Origin: Malacoraja senta
Lineage: Eukaryota
DNA: 64,000 bases
Assembly: GCA_038087875.1 (NCBI GenBank)
Contig: JAXLNO010000511.1
Coordinates: 1-64,000, forward strand
Direction: 5' to 3'
The number at the start of each line of letters is the position of its first letter. Position 1 is the first letter of the stretch. The position numbers and the translations under genes are program-made. A model generated the notes under the pieces. The model did not search any database and was not told the origin of the DNA. It was given only the letters and a program-made list of their open reading frames with translations. Shown here piece after piece: positions 61,908-64,000 of the stretch.

Positions 61908-62111
61908 GGCTCAATTGTGATCATGTTTTGTCTTTTTGCTAACTGGTTAGCTCGCGACTAAAGCTTTTCACTGTACCTCGGTACATGTGAGAATAAATTA
62001 ATGAGGGGGAAAGAATTATATGAGATTGTTACGTGGATTGGTGTAACAACACACCAGTTGTTGTTGTAAAGCTTCAGTTGTTGTTGTTGCTCATATTGTA
62101 TTGCTCCTTTA

Positions 62112-64000
62112 CAGGTTCTCTCTCCTAAATTTTCGTCGCTTTTCACGTTATCAAATGTCATCACTTTTCCCATGCTGAATTTTCGGCGCTTTTCACGTCC
62201 TGGTTTGTCGCTTTTCGCCTGCTGAATTTTCGTCACTTTTCGCGTGCAGAATTTTCGTCGATTTTCGTGTCCTGAAAGTTCGTCGCATTTCACGTCCTGA
62301 AATTTCGTCACTTTATGGGTCCTGATGTTTCAGCGCTTTTCGCATCCTGAAATTACGTCACTTTTCGTGTGCTGAATTTTCGTCGCATTTCGCATGCTGA
62401 ATTTGTGTAGCTTTTCGCATGCTGAAATTTCGTCGCATTTCGTGTGCTGAATTTTCGTCGCTTTTCCCCAGCTTCATTTTCAGCACTTTTCGCGTCCTGA
62501 AGATTCATAGGTTTTCGCACGCAGAATTTTTGTCGCTTTTCGCATGCTGAATTTTCGTCACTTTTCGCGTGCTGAATTTTTGTCACTTTTCATGTTCTGA
62601 AATGTCGTCTCTTTTCGCGTGCTGAATTTTCGTTGCTTTTCATGTGCTGAAATTTTGTGGCCTTTCACTTCCTGAAATTTCATCGCTTTATGCGTCCTGA
62701 TGTTTCATCACTTTTCGCATACTGAAGGTTCGTCGCTTTTCGCATGCTGAATTTTCGTCGCTTTTCGCGCGCTGAATTTTCGTCGCTTTTCACGTTCTCA
62801 AATTTCATCACTTTTCTCGTGCTGAATTATCGTTCCTTTTTACGTCCTGAAAGTAGGTCGCTTTTCGTGTCCTGATGTTTCATCGCTTTTCGCATACTGA
62901 AATTACGTCACTTTTCGTGTGCTGAATTTTCATCGCCTTTCGCGTGCCTCATTTTCATTGCTTTTCGCGTCCCGAATGGTCGTCACTTTTCGCATGCTGA
63001 ATTTTCCTCGCTTTTCGCATGCTGAATTTTTGTCACTCGCATGCTGAATTCTTGTCGATTTTCGCGCGCTGAATTTTCGTCGCTTTTCACGTTCTCAAAT
63101 TTCATCACTTTTCTCGTGCTGAATTTTCGTTGCTTTTTACATCCTGAAAGTATGTCGCTTTTCGTTTCCTGATGTTTCATCGCCTTTCGCATCCTGAAAT
63201 TACGTCACTTTTCATGTGCTGAATTTTCATCACGTTTCGCGTGCCTCATTTTCATTGCTTTTCGCGTCCCGAATGGTCGTCGCTTTTCGCATGCTGAATT
63301 TTCCTCGCTTTTCGCGTGCTGAATTTTTGTCACTCGCATGCTGAATTTTTGTCGCTTTTCGCAAGCTGAATTTCCGTCGCTTTTCATGTTCTCAAATTTC
63401 ATCTCTTTTCGCATGTAGAATTTTCGTTGCTTTTCGCATCCTGAAGGTTCGTCGTTTTTCACCTGCTGAATTTTTGTCAGTTTTAACGTGCTGAATTTTT
63501 GTTCGCTTTTCACGTCCTGAAGGTGTGTCGCTTTTCGCCTGCAGAATTTTTGTCGCTTTTCACATGCTGAATTTTTGTAGCTTTTCGTATGCTGGATTTC
63601 CGTACAATTCCACGTGCTTCATTTTCGTCAAATTTCGCGTACTTCATTTTCATCGCTTTATGCAAGTGGAATTTTCGTCACTTTTCACGTGCTGAATTTT
63701 CATCGCTTTTCTTGTCCTGAAGGTACGTAGCTTTTCTCGTGCTTAATTTTCATCACTTTACGCATCCTGAATTTTTTTCGCTATTTGCATGCTGAATTTT
63801 CGTCGCTTTTCGCATGCTGAATTTTTGTAGCTTTTCGCATGCTGAATTTTCATCGCTTTTCGCGTGCTGAATTTCCGTCACAGTTTGTGTGCTGAGTTTT
63901 CATGACTTTTCGCTTCCTGAAGGTTTGTCACTTTTCACGTGCTGAAAATTAGTCGCTTTATGCGTCCTGATGTTTCGTCACTTTTCGCGTCGTGAATTTT
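62112..64000 (+). repeat. 25-bp satellite array continuing to the window end
   Basis: Same monomer and orientation; shares diagnostic variant blocks with the 39.5-43.6 kb region. Confidence 0.98.

Noticed and set aside
31862..63513. Dozens of Lys/Arg-rich (minus) or Phe-rich (plus) ORFs
   Set aside because: They are translations of the 25-bp satellite; the unit is not a multiple of 3 and frames break constantly.

Overview
This is a repeat-dense eukaryotic window, most likely from a cartilaginous fish (skate/ray); this is inferred from HE1-type V-SINEs, shark-type CR1 LINEs and a GPR139-like receptor of the chondrichthyan-expanded family. The left half (1-31.8 kb) holds nested CR1 LINEs including a young head-to-tail pair, a 1.4-kb (TATC)n tract, a complete Ty3/Gypsy element (204-bp LTRs, GTTTT target duplication) just upstream of a GPCR exon that is frameshifted in a G16 run, Penelope fragments with hammerhead-like motifs, a hAT-type MITE with an 8-bp TSD, a decayed near-full-length L1, SINEs and an isolated transmembrane exon. 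The right half (31.8-64 kb) is a CpG-rich 25-bp satellite with several higher-order periods. It is interrupted by a 5'-truncated L1 and by an ~11-kb island containing DIRS-type retrotransposon remnants and a CpG-island promoter. That promoter is flanked by a diverged inverted duplication whose left arm reaches a 124-nt exon encoding a PRDM9/SSX-type ancestral KRAB domain, the most notable non-repeat signal. Boundaries of decayed repeats are approximate; all family assignments are by eye, with no database searches.
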